The notes: generated by a model not told the origin, from the sequence alone. DNA of 64,000 bases from an uncultured Gemmatimonadales bacterium (GCA_963798915.1 CAWCVB010000010.1:86092-150091); one strand, 5' to 3'. Counted from the stretch's first letter, positions 20,947 through 30,889 are shown. Made by a program: numbers and translations.

Positions 20947-20985
20947 CGACCGTCGACCGTTGACCGTCGACCGTCGACCGTCGAC
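20947..20985. repeat. Heptamer array (YGACCGT)x5.5, reverse complement of the upstream array
   Basis: cgaccgt cgaccgt tgaccgt cgaccgt cgaccgt cgac immediately after the TAG. Confidence 0.92.
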
Positions 20986-20988
20986 TCA

Positions 20989-22617
20989 CTATGCCTCTCT
21001 CATGAACGAATACCGATAGTCCACTGGCGGTTCGAAGGTTTCCTTGATGCTGCGGGGCGACACCCAGCGCATCAGGTTGAGGATCGAGCCGGCCTTGTCG
21101 TTGGTGCCACTGGCACGGCTGCCGCCAAAGGGCTGCTGGCCGACTACCGCACCGGTGGGTTTGTCATTCACGTAGAAGTTGCCGGCCGCATGCATCAGGG
21201 CCATGCGCGCCTCCTCCACTGCGGCACGATCCTGCGAGAAGACCGAACCGGTGAGCGCATACGGGCTGGTTGCGTCCACCAGCGCCAAGGTCTCCTTCCA
21301 CTTGCGGTCAGCGTAGACGTGAACCGTCAGCACCGGCCCGAATATTTCCTCGCACATCAACCGATAGGATGGATCCGCCGCCTCGATGAGGGTGGGCTCG
21401 ATGAACCACCCCTCCCGGTCGTCGCTGCCTCCACCCGCCAGGACCGTCACGCCGTCATCCTTGCGCGCCTGCTTCAGGTAGCCGGTGATCTTCCGGAACG
21501 CCTTTTCGTCAATGACCGCGCCCATGAAATTGGTGAAGTCGGCCACGTCGCCCATGGAGATCGTATCCATCAACGCCACCAGCTGCTTTCGAACCCGGGG
21601 CCAGAGCGACTTGGGAACGTAGGCGCGCGACGCCGCGCTGCATTTCTGGCCCTGGTACTCGAACGCACCGCGCACCAGCGCCACACAGAGTGCATCCACG
21701 TCCGCACTGGCATGGGCCAGTACGAAATCCTTGCCGCCGGTCTCGCCCACGAGCCGGGGATACCCGCGGTAGTTCGCAATATTCTCGCCGACGGTCCGGA
21801 AGAAGCTCTGGAAGACCGGAGTGGAGCCAGTGAAGTGAATCCCGGCGAGGTCTCGATGCGCGAGGAGCGCCTCTGAAATCTCGGAGGCAGGACCGGGAAC
21901 GAAGTTGATCACGCCCGGCGGCAGGCCGCATTCCTCGAGCAGGCGGAAGAAGTGCCAGTTGCTGAGCGTCGCCGTGCCGGCCGGCTTCCACACCACCGTG
22001 TTGCCGAGGATTGCCGGGGCCGTTGGCAGGTTCCCGCCGATCGCCGTGAAGTTGAACGGCGTTATGGCGTAGACGAAGCCCTCGAGCGGACGATACTCCA
22101 TCCGGTTCCACACCCCTCGGGCACTCGTGGGCTGCTCGGCGTAGAGGCGCTCCGCGAAGTGCACATTGAAGCGCAGGAAATCGATCAGCTCGCAGGCGCT
22201 GTCGATTTCCGCCTGGAAGGCGGTCTTGCTCTGGCCCAGCATGGTCGCAGCGTTGAGTACCGGACGCCACGCACCCGCCAGACGATCCGCCGCCTTCAGG
22301 AACACCGCTGCGCGATCCTCGAATCGCCAGCTGGCCCACTCCCGCTGCGCCGACACTGCCGCGTCAGCCGCATCGGATGCCGTCCGCTTGTCGGCCCGGT
22401 GGACATTCGCCAGGACGTGGTCGTGGCGATGCGGACAGGTGACCTGGATCGTGGCGTCGCCGCGACGCTCTTCGCCGCCGACCACGACCGGGATATCGGC
22501 AACTTCGCCCGCCATCGCATGCAGCGCGTTCTTGAGTGTTGCACGCTCGGGCGAGCCGGGCGCGTAGCTCAAGACCGGCTCATTCTGGGGCTGTGGAATA
22601 TTCGGTACACTGGCCAT
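20989..22617 (-). CDS. pruA: 1-pyrroline-5-carboxylate dehydrogenase
   Basis: NEPV, PFNFTAI, FTGST, GETGGKDF, GQKCSA, EEIFGP, QPFGGSRASGTNDKAG. Confidence 0.92.
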   Translation of the reverse strand: MASVPNIPQPQNEPVLSYAPGSPERATLKNALHAMAGEVADIPVVVGGEERRGDATIQVTCPHRHDHVLANVHRADKRTASDAADAAVSAQREWASWRFEDRAAVFLKAADRLAGAWRPVLNAATMLGQSKTAFQAEIDSACELIDFLRFNVHFAERLYAEQPTSARGVWNRMEYRPLEGFVYAITPFNFTAIGGNLPTAPAILGNTVVWKPAGTATLSNWHFFRLLEECGLPPGVINFVPGPASEISEALLAHRDLAGIHFTGSTPVFQSFFRTVGENIANYRGYPRLVGETGGKDFVLAHASADVDALCVALVRGAFEYQGQKCSAASRAYVPKSLWPRVRKQLVALMDTISMGDVADFTNFMGAVIDEKAFRKITGYLKQARKDDGVTVLAGGGSDDREGWFIEPTLIEAADPSYRLMCEEIFGPVLTVHVYADRKWKETLALVDATSPYALTGSVFSQDRAAVEEARMALMHAAGNFYVNDKPTGAVVGQQPFGGSRASGTNDKAGSILNLMRWVSPRSIKETFEPPVDYRYSFMREA

Positions 22618-22736
22618 GAGGTCCTGTCCGGTGGGTGTGCCTGTGATGTCGGACGGGAATTATAGCAGGACGGGCAGGACGGGCAGGGGGTCGTCAGTCG
22701 TAGGTCGTCAGTCGTCGGTCGTCGGTCTGCGAGCTC

Positions 22737-22826
22737 TGTCATCCTGAGCGACGCGAAGGATCCACTCACCAGCGTCCGGACCCGGACCGGTAGATCCTTC
22801 GGCCGCTTCGCGGCCTCTGGATGACA
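22737..22826. repeat. REP-like palindromic element (TGTCATCCTGAG...GAAGGATC / GATCCTTC...CTCTGGATGACA)
   Basis: Complementary arms at 22737-22762 and 22793-22826, with inner hairpin GGCCGC-TTC-GCGGCC. Confidence 0.7.
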
Positions 22827-22946
22827 CCTGCCACGGGATCCACCTCAGGCATTGTCGCCGCAGGCGACACGCGCCGAGCAGCGGCCTTTAGTCGCGTGAG
22901 GACGAGTCACCTCGCCGTCTCGCCCGCCCTGCCCGCCCTGCCCGCC

Positions 22947-24002
22947 CTACCGATACGCCCGCACCGCCGTTGCCTTGAACGAGGCAAACACCACGGCGCC
23001 TGGCGCGAGTCCCAGCGCCTGGGCTCCGGCCGGCGTTACCTCCGCGACCAGTCGCGGCGCCGTCGCCAGTGCTACACGGATTCGCTCGCCGTGGGGCGGC
23101 TCGGGTGCCAGTTCCGTCACCTCACCGCGGAAGATGTTCCGGGCACTACCCTCCGGAGCAGCGCGGGACAGCACAATCGCGGTCGGCGGGACGACAGCAA
23201 ATACATCGCTCGCTCCGCCTGGGTCCACGACGGTCAGCCGGCCATCCCCGGCGTCCAGCTCAGCCAATCCTGATTCAGGCCGGCTGACGATGACGCCGCG
23301 GAAGAAATTGGCGCCCAGGAACGCCGCCACCGAGTGCGAGCGAGGACGGAGCAGCAGCTCGTCTCCCGTGCCGTGCTGGACCACCTTGCCCCGTTCCATC
23401 ACCGCAATCCTGCTTCCGAGTGCCAGGGCCTCGAGCGGACTATGGGTCACCAGGAGTGTCACGCCCTGACGCTCGGCAATGATCGCGGCAAGTGTCGAAC
23501 GCAGGGCCGTCCGATTCTCGGGATCCAGCGCACTGAGTGGTTCGTCGAGAAGCAGGAGCGCCGGCCCGACCGCGAGCGCCCGAGCCAGCGCGATCCGCTG
23601 GCGTTCGCCTCCCGAGAGGCCCGCAATTTCGCGACCGGCCAGGCCGCCCGCACCACAGCGCTCCAGCAGCTCGTCCGCCCGGCGCCTCCTGTCGCGACTG
23701 AGGCCGAAGGCGACATTGTCCCGCGCGTTGAGGTGCGGAAAGAGTGAGGCCTCCTGCGGGACCCAGCCCACCGATCGTTCGTTCGCGGCCCGGTGGATCG
23801 ACCTGGCCGTATCGGCCCAGCGCTGCCCGTCCACCAGGATGTGCCCCTCGTCCAGGGGATCGAGCCCGGCGAGTAGCCGCAGGACGCTGGTCTTGCCGGC
23901 ACCGCTGCCTCCGGCGAGCACCAGCGTGCCGCCAGGTGGCAGCTGCAGCTCGGCTTCGAGGTCGAGCGCCCCGTGACGCCTACACAGTCGCGCGTCGAGC
24001 AT
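22947..24002 (-). CDS. modC: Molybdate ABC transporter ATPase with TOBE domain
   Basis: GGSGAGKTS, LSGGERQR, LLLDEP, SARN...G.V TOBE; downstream of modAB. Confidence 0.82.
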   Translation of the reverse strand: MLDARLCRRHGALDLEAELQLPPGGTLVLAGGSGAGKTSVLRLLAGLDPLDEGHILVDGQRWADTARSIHRAANERSVGWVPQEASLFPHLNARDNVAFGLSRDRRRRADELLERCGAGGLAGREIAGLSGGERQRIALARALAVGPALLLLDEPLSALDPENRTALRSTLAAIIAERQGVTLLVTHSPLEALALGSRIAVMERGKVVQHGTGDELLLRPRSHSVAAFLGANFFRGVIVSRPESGLAELDAGDGRLTVVDPGGASDVFAVVPPTAIVLSRAAPEGSARNIFRGEVTELAPEPPHGERIRVALATAPRLVAEVTPAGAQALGLAPGAVVFASFKATAVRAYR

Positions 24003-24795
24003 TCGCACCGGACGAGAATGGAAGCCACGCGCGCACGGCCACCAGCACGCCACCGGAGATAGCCAGCAGGAGGACGCCTGCCGCCAGTGCTGAGCCGAGA
24101 TCCTGTTGCAGCGCCGTATAGACAGCGAGCGGCATGGTCTGGGTGCGGCCGGGAAGATTTCCCGCGAATGTGATGGTCGCGCCGAATTCCCCGAGAGCGC
24201 GGGCCCAGGCCATGACGGCACCGGCGATCAGCGACGGAGTGGCCAGCGGGAGCATCACGCGCCGGAACAGTGTGAAGACGCCGCAGCCCAGCGTCGCGCC
24301 AACCTCGAGCAGTTGGCGGTCCACGGCCCGCATCCCGCTGGCGGCGGCCAGCGCAAAGAACGGAAAGCCGACAAACACCTGGGCGATGATGACCGCGGCG
24401 GGCGTGAACGGAATGCTCCAGCCAAGGGCGGTGACGGTCCGCCCCAGAAGCCCGGCGCGTCCGAAAGCGAGCAGCAACCCGAGTCCTGCCACGGTCGGCG
24501 GCAGGATGAGCGGAAGCACCAGCAGCGATTCGAACCAGTGCGAGGCACGCGATTGTGCCGTCGCCAGCCACCAGGCCACGGGAAGGCCGATGAGAACCAC
24601 GATGCCAATGGCGGAGGTGCTCGTAGTCAGACTGAGTACCAGTGCCTGGCGCACCGTGGGCTCAAGCAGCTTCTGCAGCAGGAGCGACGGCTGGACCGCC
24701 AGCAGCAGCGCCAGCACCGGCAAGAGCATGAAGCCCGCCGCGAGACCAGCCAGGGCACCGCTGAACGCGCGCCAGCCTGGGCTCCGCCACGTCAC
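23980..24795 (-). CDS. modB: Molybdate ABC transporter permease
   Basis: LPLILPPTVAG, ARALGEFGATITFAGNLPGRTQTMPLAVY. Confidence 0.9.
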   Translation of the reverse strand: MTWRSPGWRAFSGALAGLAAGFMLLPVLALLLAVQPSLLLQKLLEPTVRQALVLSLTTSTSAIGIVVLIGLPVAWWLATAQSRASHWFESLLVLPLILPPTVAGLGLLLAFGRAGLLGRTVTALGWSIPFTPAAVIIAQVFVGFPFFALAAASGMRAVDRQLLEVGATLGCGVFTLFRRVMLPLATPSLIAGAVMAWARALGEFGATITFAGNLPGRTQTMPLAVYTALQQDLGSALAAGVLLLAISGGVLVAVRAWLPFSSGANARRATV

Positions 24796-25622
24796 GGCGC
24801 GGAGGGCTCGCTGGAGGCTGGCAGCTCAAACCCGTGACGCCGAAGAACCGCCGCGCCCTTCTCCGACCTGAGCAGGGCGAGAAAGGTTTGGGTGTTGCTG
24901 CTGTCGCCAGGAGTCGTAGTCCGGGCAATGAAATACTGTGTCTTCACCTCGTGGGCGAAGGGTACCGCAAGCTCACGCAACGCTCCCGATGTATCCTGCA
25001 GCAGCTGCGCCCGATACAGAATGCCGGCATCCGCCTCGCCGAGCCGTAGCTTGCTGGCGACCCCGGCGGCCGACAATTCCTGGGAGACAACACCAAGCTC
25101 CACCCGGGTGGCAAAATCCTCACCGTATCCGGGCAGGCGAGCCAGTCGCCGCAACAGCAGGCGCGAATAGCGGCCCAGCGGCACCTGCGGCGCAGCCAGC
25201 ACGATCTTGGCGCCCGGGGACGCCAGGTTGATCGGCGACTTGATGAAGCCGGCCGAACCCGACCGTGTGGACATCACCACCGCGAGGCTGGAGCCCGCGA
25301 AGGCATCCGCTGTTCTCGCCAGTCCCTTGTCCTGGGCCGTCTTCATCCACTGTTCATCGGCTGTGACAAGCAGGTCGGCCGTGCCACCCAGCTCCAGCTG
25401 GGACACCAGCGATGACGAGCCACCGCCATTGAGGCGGATGACCAGGGAGGAGTCCCGCGCTCGCATGGTATCGGCCAGATCCTGGAATGCGGGTACCAGC
25501 GAGGAAGCGACAAAGATCGTAAGCGCGTGACCTGACGGGCTGCCACGCGATTCACCGCGACGGCAGGCCGTTGCCAGTGTCAAGAACAGCATCAGGACAC
25601 GGGTCAAGCGGGAGGCATGCAT
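24792..25622 (-). CDS. modA: Molybdate-binding lipoprotein
   Basis: Lipobox LATAC, FVASSL, GGSSSL, VPLGRYS, GEADAGILY. Confidence 0.82.
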   Translation of the reverse strand: MHASRLTRVLMLFLTLATACRRGESRGSPSGHALTIFVASSLVPAFQDLADTMRARDSSLVIRLNGGGSSSLVSQLELGGTADLLVTADEQWMKTAQDKGLARTADAFAGSSLAVVMSTRSGSAGFIKSPINLASPGAKIVLAAPQVPLGRYSRLLLRRLARLPGYGEDFATRVELGVVSQELSAAGVASKLRLGEADAGILYRAQLLQDTSGALRELAVPFAHEVKTQYFIARTTTPGDSSNTQTFLALLRSEKGAAVLRRHGFELPASSEPSAP

Positions 25623-25800
25623 TGGGCACCTGCCGAGTGGGAGCGCCGGCGAGATGGCGGGGTCCGCGTCATCGGCCGGGAGCGGACCATGGGTCTGGGA
25701 AGCGGTGGCCAGCAGCACGGGCGCACGACCACGCTGCCCTACTGGCGGCAACCGCTGCCTCCAAGCTAACATCTACCCGACTCATGAACCGGGACCATCA

Positions 25801-26196
25801 ATGAACCGAGCTTTCCTGCCGCTGGCCCTCATCGCCCTGCTCGCCGCCTGCCCCACCTACGACGAGTATCCCAAGTTGAGCGACCAGCGCGGCCTGGTGG
25901 ACGCCGATACCTATGCGCGCTACGGCAAGGAACAGGCACAGGCCATGGCCATTGCCAGGGAATACGGACATTTCCATCAGGGCGATACCCGGGCCGACTT
26001 GCAGGCGGCCGCTGAAAGCACGGTGGCCTACGCCCGAACTCTTCCGGACGTCACCGACATCACGGCGGACTCGCTGGGACATCGGGTGACCATTCAGTTC
26101 CGGAGCGGCTGGCGGACCATGGTGAACCCCATCGACGATGGCAAGCGCGGCAGCGACACCCCCAATCTTCCGGGAGCGGGCTCGGCCGGGCCCTGA
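25801..26196 (+). CDS. Hypothetical lipoprotein
   Basis: MNRAFLPLALIALLAAC lipobox. Confidence 0.7.
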   Translation: MNRAFLPLALIALLAACPTYDEYPKLSDQRGLVDADTYARYGKEQAQAMAIAREYGHFHQGDTRADLQAAAESTVAYARTLPDVTDITADSLGHRVTIQFRSGWRTMVNPIDDGKRGSDTPNLPGAGSAGP

Positions 26197-26522
26197 TGCC
26201 GGCCGCCGAGGTTGTCGAGGTCCGCACCACGGTCGCACGTCGGGAGGACGCCGACCGGCTCGCGCGGGACGCCGTCGAGGCACGGCTCGCGGCTTGCGCC
26301 CAGGTGATCGGCCCGCTTACCAGCCATTATCACTGGAAGGGCGTTCTGGAGCGGACCGACGAGTGGCGCTGCAGCTTCAAGACGTCCCGACGTCGATGGC
26401 CGGACCTCGCGCAGTTCCTGCGCCAACGCCATCCATATGAATTGCCCGAAATCGTGATGCTGCCACTGACCGGCAGCGATGAATATCTCGGCTGGATCAC
26501 GGACGAGGTAGCGGGCTGGTAG
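26196..26522 (+). CDS. cutA: Divalent-cation tolerance protein CutA
   Basis: LAACAQ, S.Y.WKG, HPYELPEI, YLGWI. Confidence 0.93.
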   Translation: MPAAEVVEVRTTVARREDADRLARDAVEARLAACAQVIGPLTSHYHWKGVLERTDEWRCSFKTSRRRWPDLAQFLRQRHPYELPEIVMLPLTGSDEYLGWITDEVAGW

Positions 26523-26546
26523 GGGCACGGCACGCCGTGCCCCTGC
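26519..26546. repeat. GTAG-type REP palindrome
   Basis: GT-AGGGGCACGGC-AC-GCCGTGCCCCT-GC, overlapping the cutA stop. Confidence 0.7.
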
Positions 26547-26593
26547 GACCCTCGACCCGTGACCCACGGTCCGCGACCCGCGACCCGCGACCA
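26545..26593. repeat. Degenerate heptamer array (GCGACCC)x7
   Basis: gcgaccc tcgaccc gtgaccc acggtcc gcgaccc gcgaccc gcgacca. Confidence 0.8.
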
Positions 26594-26607
26594 CCCGGGG
26601 GCGTCCC

Positions 26608-27987
26608 ATGCATTCTCCCGCCACACCAGAACTGCTCTACCTGCTCTCGGGCGACGAGGAAGACTTCCTCGAGGCCTGTGCCGACCTGCGCCCGGCGGAC
26701 ATCGCTGACGCACTGAATGAGCTCCCGGAGGAGGCGGCCGCCCGCATCGTGGCGGCGCTTCCCTTTCACCGGGCGGTCGAGGTCTTTGACGAACCCGAGC
26801 TGGAACGCCGGGGCCGTATCATTGCCAAGCTGGCGCAGGAAACGGCGGTTGCGCTGCTGGAAGCCATGTCGGCTGACCAGCAGGTGGAAATCTTCCGGGA
26901 CCTGGACGATGATGCGCGAAGCCGCCTGGAGCACGTCCTTGCCGCTCCCACGCGGGACGCACTCCGGCTTCTGCTCCGCTACCCGGAGACGACGGCCGGG
27001 GGCATCATGACGACCGAGTTTCTCTCGGTCCCCTCCGGCTGGTCGGTCGGCCGCGTGCTGGAGCACATTCATGCCGTCGGCGACGCCAAGGAGACGGTCT
27101 ATGCCATCTACATCCTGGACGACCGCCAGCGCCTGGCCCACGTCGTTTCGCTGAGGCAGCTGATCACGGCGGAGCCGGAGGTCTCGGTGCTGAACGTGGG
27201 CGAGCGGCGCAAGCCGGTGACCTGCGGACCCTACACTGACCGGGAAGATGTGGCCCGGCTGATCTCCAAGTACAACCTGCTCGCCATTCCGGTACTCGAT
27301 GATGCCCAGCGGGTCCTCGGCATCGCCACGGTCGATGACATCATTGACGCACTGGTGACCGAGCAAACCGAAGACGTGCAGAAGTTCGGAGGCATGGAGG
27401 CGCTGGACCAGCCCTACATGCAGATCGGCCTCGGCTCGATGATCCGGAAACGGGCTGGCTGGCTCTGCGCCCTCTTTCTGGGTGAAATGCTCACGGCCAC
27501 CGCCATGGGCCACTTCCAGGGCGAGATCAACCGCGCCGTCGTCCTGGCGCTGTTCATCCCGCTCATCATCAGCTCCGGGGGCAACAGCGGCTCGCAGGCG
27601 ACCTCACTCATCATCCGGGCCCTTGCACTCCGGGAGGTCGAAGTGCGCGACTGGTGGCGGGTCGCGGTCCGGGAACTCCCCGCCGGGCTCGCGCTCGGGA
27701 CCATTCTCGGCTGCATCGGGCTTGTGCGCATCCTCGTCTGGCAGTATTTCGGTCTATACGACTACGGCATCCATTACGGCATCGTCGCGCTCACGGTCTC
27801 CCTGACGCTGGTCGGTGTGGTGCTCTTCGGCTCGCTGGTTGGCTCCATGCTGCCCTTCGTGTTGCGCCGGGTGGGCTTCGACCCGGCCAGCGCCTCGGCA
27901 CCGTTCGTGGCCACCGTGGTGGACGTCACCGGCCTCGTCATCTATTTCACCGTTGCATCGCTGCTGTTGAGTGGAACCCTGCTGTAA
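26608..27987 (+). CDS. mgtE: Magnesium transporter MgtE
   Basis: PADIAD N-domain, TAGGIMT, CBS pair, SSGGNSGSQ, DPASASAPFVATVVDVTG. Confidence 0.95.
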   Translation: MHSPATPELLYLLSGDEEDFLEACADLRPADIADALNELPEEAAARIVAALPFHRAVEVFDEPELERRGRIIAKLAQETAVALLEAMSADQQVEIFRDLDDDARSRLEHVLAAPTRDALRLLLRYPETTAGGIMTTEFLSVPSGWSVGRVLEHIHAVGDAKETVYAIYILDDRQRLAHVVSLRQLITAEPEVSVLNVGERRKPVTCGPYTDREDVARLISKYNLLAIPVLDDAQRVLGIATVDDIIDALVTEQTEDVQKFGGMEALDQPYMQIGLGSMIRKRAGWLCALFLGEMLTATAMGHFQGEINRAVVLALFIPLIISSGGNSGSQATSLIIRALALREVEVRDWWRVAVRELPAGLALGTILGCIGLVRILVWQYFGLYDYGIHYGIVALTVSLTLVGVVLFGSLVGSMLPFVLRRVGFDPASASAPFVATVVDVTGLVIYFTVASLLLSGTLL

Positions 27988-28005
27988 CCTCGACTGGAGA
28001 CACGC

Positions 28006-28725
28006 ATGACTGACGCGACCGCCGCGCCCATGGCCAGCCAGCCCGGCATCATGGACTGTGCCGAGATCTACTACGCTCCCAGCAGCGTCTTTGAACGCCG
28101 CCGCCAGGGCAAGTTCGGCATTCCGCTGCTGGTCTATGTGGTAGTCATGATTGTGGTCTTCTTCGCCACGCGCGACTTGATGAAGCCCCTCACCGACCTG
28201 CAGTTCAACAAGTCCATGGCGTCGACCATGGCCAAGAATCCTCAGATAACGGCCGAGAACCTCGAGAAGGGCCGGCAGTTCGCGACCAAGCTGGCGCCAG
28301 TGGGCGTCGTGGTCGGCTCGGCCGTCGTGCCCCTGATCGTCGGGCTCATCATCTGGCTGATTGCCAAGTTCGCCGGCGCCGGGCTGGGCCTCGCGCAAGG
28401 CATGGTGGTGGGCGTCTTCATGATGTTCCCTTCCATTGCGGAGTACATCCTCAATGCCATCCAGCTGGCGCTGATGGACGAGAGTTCGGTCACGACGACC
28501 TACAGTCTCAGCGTGGGACCCGCGCGATTCATGCACGACGCGTCACAGACCGTGCTGGCGCTGGTGGGACACATTGACCTGTTCACCATCTGGATGGCCT
28601 TCCTGGTCTACCTGGGGGTCAAGGTCATCGGCAAGACCTCCACCGGCACGGCGGCCACCGTTGCCATCGTAGCGTGGGTCCTCGGCGCGCTGCCGGCGCT
28701 CGCGGGCGCCATCCGCGCCGGCTGA
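28006..28725 (+). CDS. Yip1-family membrane protein
   Basis: YYAPSSVF N-motif, about 5 TM segments, IDLFTIW. Confidence 0.7.
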   Translation: MTDATAAPMASQPGIMDCAEIYYAPSSVFERRRQGKFGIPLLVYVVVMIVVFFATRDLMKPLTDLQFNKSMASTMAKNPQITAENLEKGRQFATKLAPVGVVVGSAVVPLIVGLIIWLIAKFAGAGLGLAQGMVVGVFMMFPSIAEYILNAIQLALMDESSVTTTYSLSVGPARFMHDASQTVLALVGHIDLFTIWMAFLVYLGVKVIGKTSTGTAATVAIVAWVLGALPALAGAIRAG

Positions 28726-28735
28726 GGGCAAGGCC

Positions 28736-29005
28736 ATGTCCAAGGCGACACTGATCACGGTGGCAGCCGCGGTTGCGCTCGGCGCGGTGCTCTACACGGG
28801 CACCATGTCGTCGCAGAAGGTCGAGTGCTTCGTGGTGGTGACCTATGCCGGCCGCACCGACAGCGCCACGGCTTCGGCTGCCGACCAGGGCGCCGCCGAG
28901 AACCAGGCGCGCACCACCGCCTGCGGCACGATATCGAGCGGGATGAACGATCGAATTGCGTGCTCCAACACTCCCCCGGCGCGAGTCCGCTGCCGGGAAC
29001 TGTGA
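28736..29005 (+). CDS. Small hypothetical exported Cys-containing protein
   Basis: N-terminal TM/signal, 4 Cys; stop overlaps the next GTG. Confidence 0.65.
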   Translation: MSKATLITVAAAVALGAVLYTGTMSSQKVECFVVVTYAGRTDSATASAADQGAAENQARTTACGTISSGMNDRIACSNTPPARVRCREL

Positions 29006-30339
29006 GGGTGCAGCTCCGCATCCCCCATCCGCTCGCGCTGCTGGTGGCGTGCATCCTGCTCGCGGGTGCTGCGACCTGGCTGCTTCCTCCAGGGCGATAC
29101 GCCCGCCATCACGACGACGTCACCGGCCGGGACATTGTCGTCGCAGGGACATATGCGCGGGTTGAGGCCGCGCCTGTCGGCCCCTTCGCTGCGCTGATCG
29201 CGATCCCCAAGGGTATCGGCGCGGCAGCGGATGTCGTGGCGTTCGTCTTTCTGGTCGGTGGTGCCTTCGCGGTCGTGGAACAGACCGGCGCGCTGCGACG
29301 CGCACTCCGGCGCCTCATCAGCGTGGTCGGCACCCGACAGGCGCTGGTCATTCCCATCATTTGTCTGGCCTTCGCCCTGGGCGGCGCGCTGGAGAACATG
29401 CAGGAGGAGATCGTTGCATTCGTGCCCTTGCTCCTGCTGCTGGTGCGAGGGCTCGGTTTCGATGCGTTGACCGCCTGCGCCATGAGCGTGGGCGCGGCGT
29501 CAGTTGGCTCCGCCTTCAGCCCCGTGAATCCGTTTCAGGTAATCATCGCCCAGAAGGTGGCGCAGCTCTCGCCTGGATCGGGCGGAACATTCCGGTTGAT
29601 CGTGCTGCTTCTTGCCCTCGGGCTCTGGATCTGGGGCACGTGGCGCTACACCCGCCGGAATCGCGTTGCCGCGGAGCCATTGGTGCTTCACCAGGAGAAT
29701 GACGCGACGGGGTGGCGGCTGGACCTGATTCTGGTCATGGTCATCGCCACCCTGGCGATGCTGCCCATCGGTTTCAATGTTCTGGGGTGGGGATTCGACG
29801 AGATCTCAGCCCTGTTCTTCATCATGGGCGCAGTGGCGGGGCTGGTTGCCGGCATGGGCATCAGCGGCACCAGCGAAGCATTCGGCGAAGGATTCCGACA
29901 GATGGCGGTGGCGGCACTGGTCATCGGGTTCGCCAAGGCCATCTCGGTGGTGCTGGACCAGGGACAGGTGCTGGACACCATCGTGCATGGCCTCGCCACG
30001 CCACTTCAAGGGCTGCCGCCCACTGCTTCGGCCATCGCCATGCAGGGTGTGCAGACGCTGATCCACATCCCGGTGCCCAGCGTGAGCAGTCAGGCCGTGC
30101 TGACAATGCCGGTTCTCGTCCCCGTGTCAGACCTGCTCGGCATTGCGCGGCAGGTCACCGTATTGGCGTACCAGTACGGCGCCGGCCTCTGCGAAATCGT
30201 CACCCCGACCAATGGCGCGCTGATGGCCATCCTCGCAGCCGCTGGGGTTCCGTTCGGGAAGTGGTTTCGCTTTGCCCTCCCGATGTACGGCTTGCTCATG
30301 CTGCTGGGCGCGTTGGCCATTGCGGTGTGGATGGTATGA
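29002..30339 (+). CDS. YfcC/DcuC-like membrane transporter
   Basis: IPHP, TWLLPPGRY, NPFQVIIAQ, PSVSSQA.LTMP, AYQYGAG...PT. Confidence 0.85.
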   Translation: MRVQLRIPHPLALLVACILLAGAATWLLPPGRYARHHDDVTGRDIVVAGTYARVEAAPVGPFAALIAIPKGIGAAADVVAFVFLVGGAFAVVEQTGALRRALRRLISVVGTRQALVIPIICLAFALGGALENMQEEIVAFVPLLLLLVRGLGFDALTACAMSVGAASVGSAFSPVNPFQVIIAQKVAQLSPGSGGTFRLIVLLLALGLWIWGTWRYTRRNRVAAEPLVLHQENDATGWRLDLILVMVIATLAMLPIGFNVLGWGFDEISALFFIMGAVAGLVAGMGISGTSEAFGEGFRQMAVAALVIGFAKAISVVLDQGQVLDTIVHGLATPLQGLPPTASAIAMQGVQTLIHIPVPSVSSQAVLTMPVLVPVSDLLGIARQVTVLAYQYGAGLCEIVTPTNGALMAILAAAGVPFGKWFRFALPMYGLLMLLGALAIAVWMV

Positions 30340-30342
30340 AGA

Positions 30343-30783
30343 CTATCTCACCAGCGCGTCGAGCACCCGTTCGTCGGCCAGTCCGGTATGCCGGCGCGAC
30401 TCGGCGCCATTCCGGAATGCGATGAGGGTGGGAATGCCTCGAATGCCGAACTTCCGGGCCGTGGCCGGGTTGGCTTCGGTATCGAGCTTGAGGACCAGAA
30501 CCATGCCTGATTGCCGTGCGGCAAAGGCGTCGAGTGCTGGCGCCATCATGCGGCAGGGGCCGCACCAGTCGGCATAGAAGTCGACGACCACTGGCACGGT
30601 CGTGCCGCTCACGACCTTGTCAAAGTCGCTGTCGGTCACCTTGATCGGCCGGTCCAGCCGAAGGGGCCGGTGGCACTCGGCACAGGTCGGATGCTCGCCG
30701 AGCCGGGCCATGTTGACCCGGTTCAGGCGACCGCAGAACGGGCAGCGGGCCACGGCGTGGCGTGTGTCTGTTGCGTCGCTCAT
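30343..30783 (-). CDS. trxC: Thioredoxin 2 with N-terminal zinc finger
   Basis: CPFC..NRV...CAEC and DFYADWCGPC. Confidence 0.88.
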   Translation of the reverse strand: MSDATDTRHAVARCPFCGRLNRVNMARLGEHPTCAECHRPLRLDRPIKVTDSDFDKVVSGTTVPVVVDFYADWCGPCRMMAPALDAFAARQSGMVLVLKLDTEANPATARKFGIRGIPTLIAFRNGAESRRHTGLADERVLDALVR

Positions 30784-30889
30784 CACATCTCCTGCGTACC
30801 TGTGGCCACCGCGGGCCGTCTGCCCGGCATCAATAATGCATCTGGACCTGGGGAGGAAACATTCAGACCGAAACGCGGGTTCCTGAATC

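Noticed and set aside
25623..25800. Moco riboswitch upstream of modA
   Set aside because: GC-rich stems are possible, but I could not find the conserved Moco motif elements
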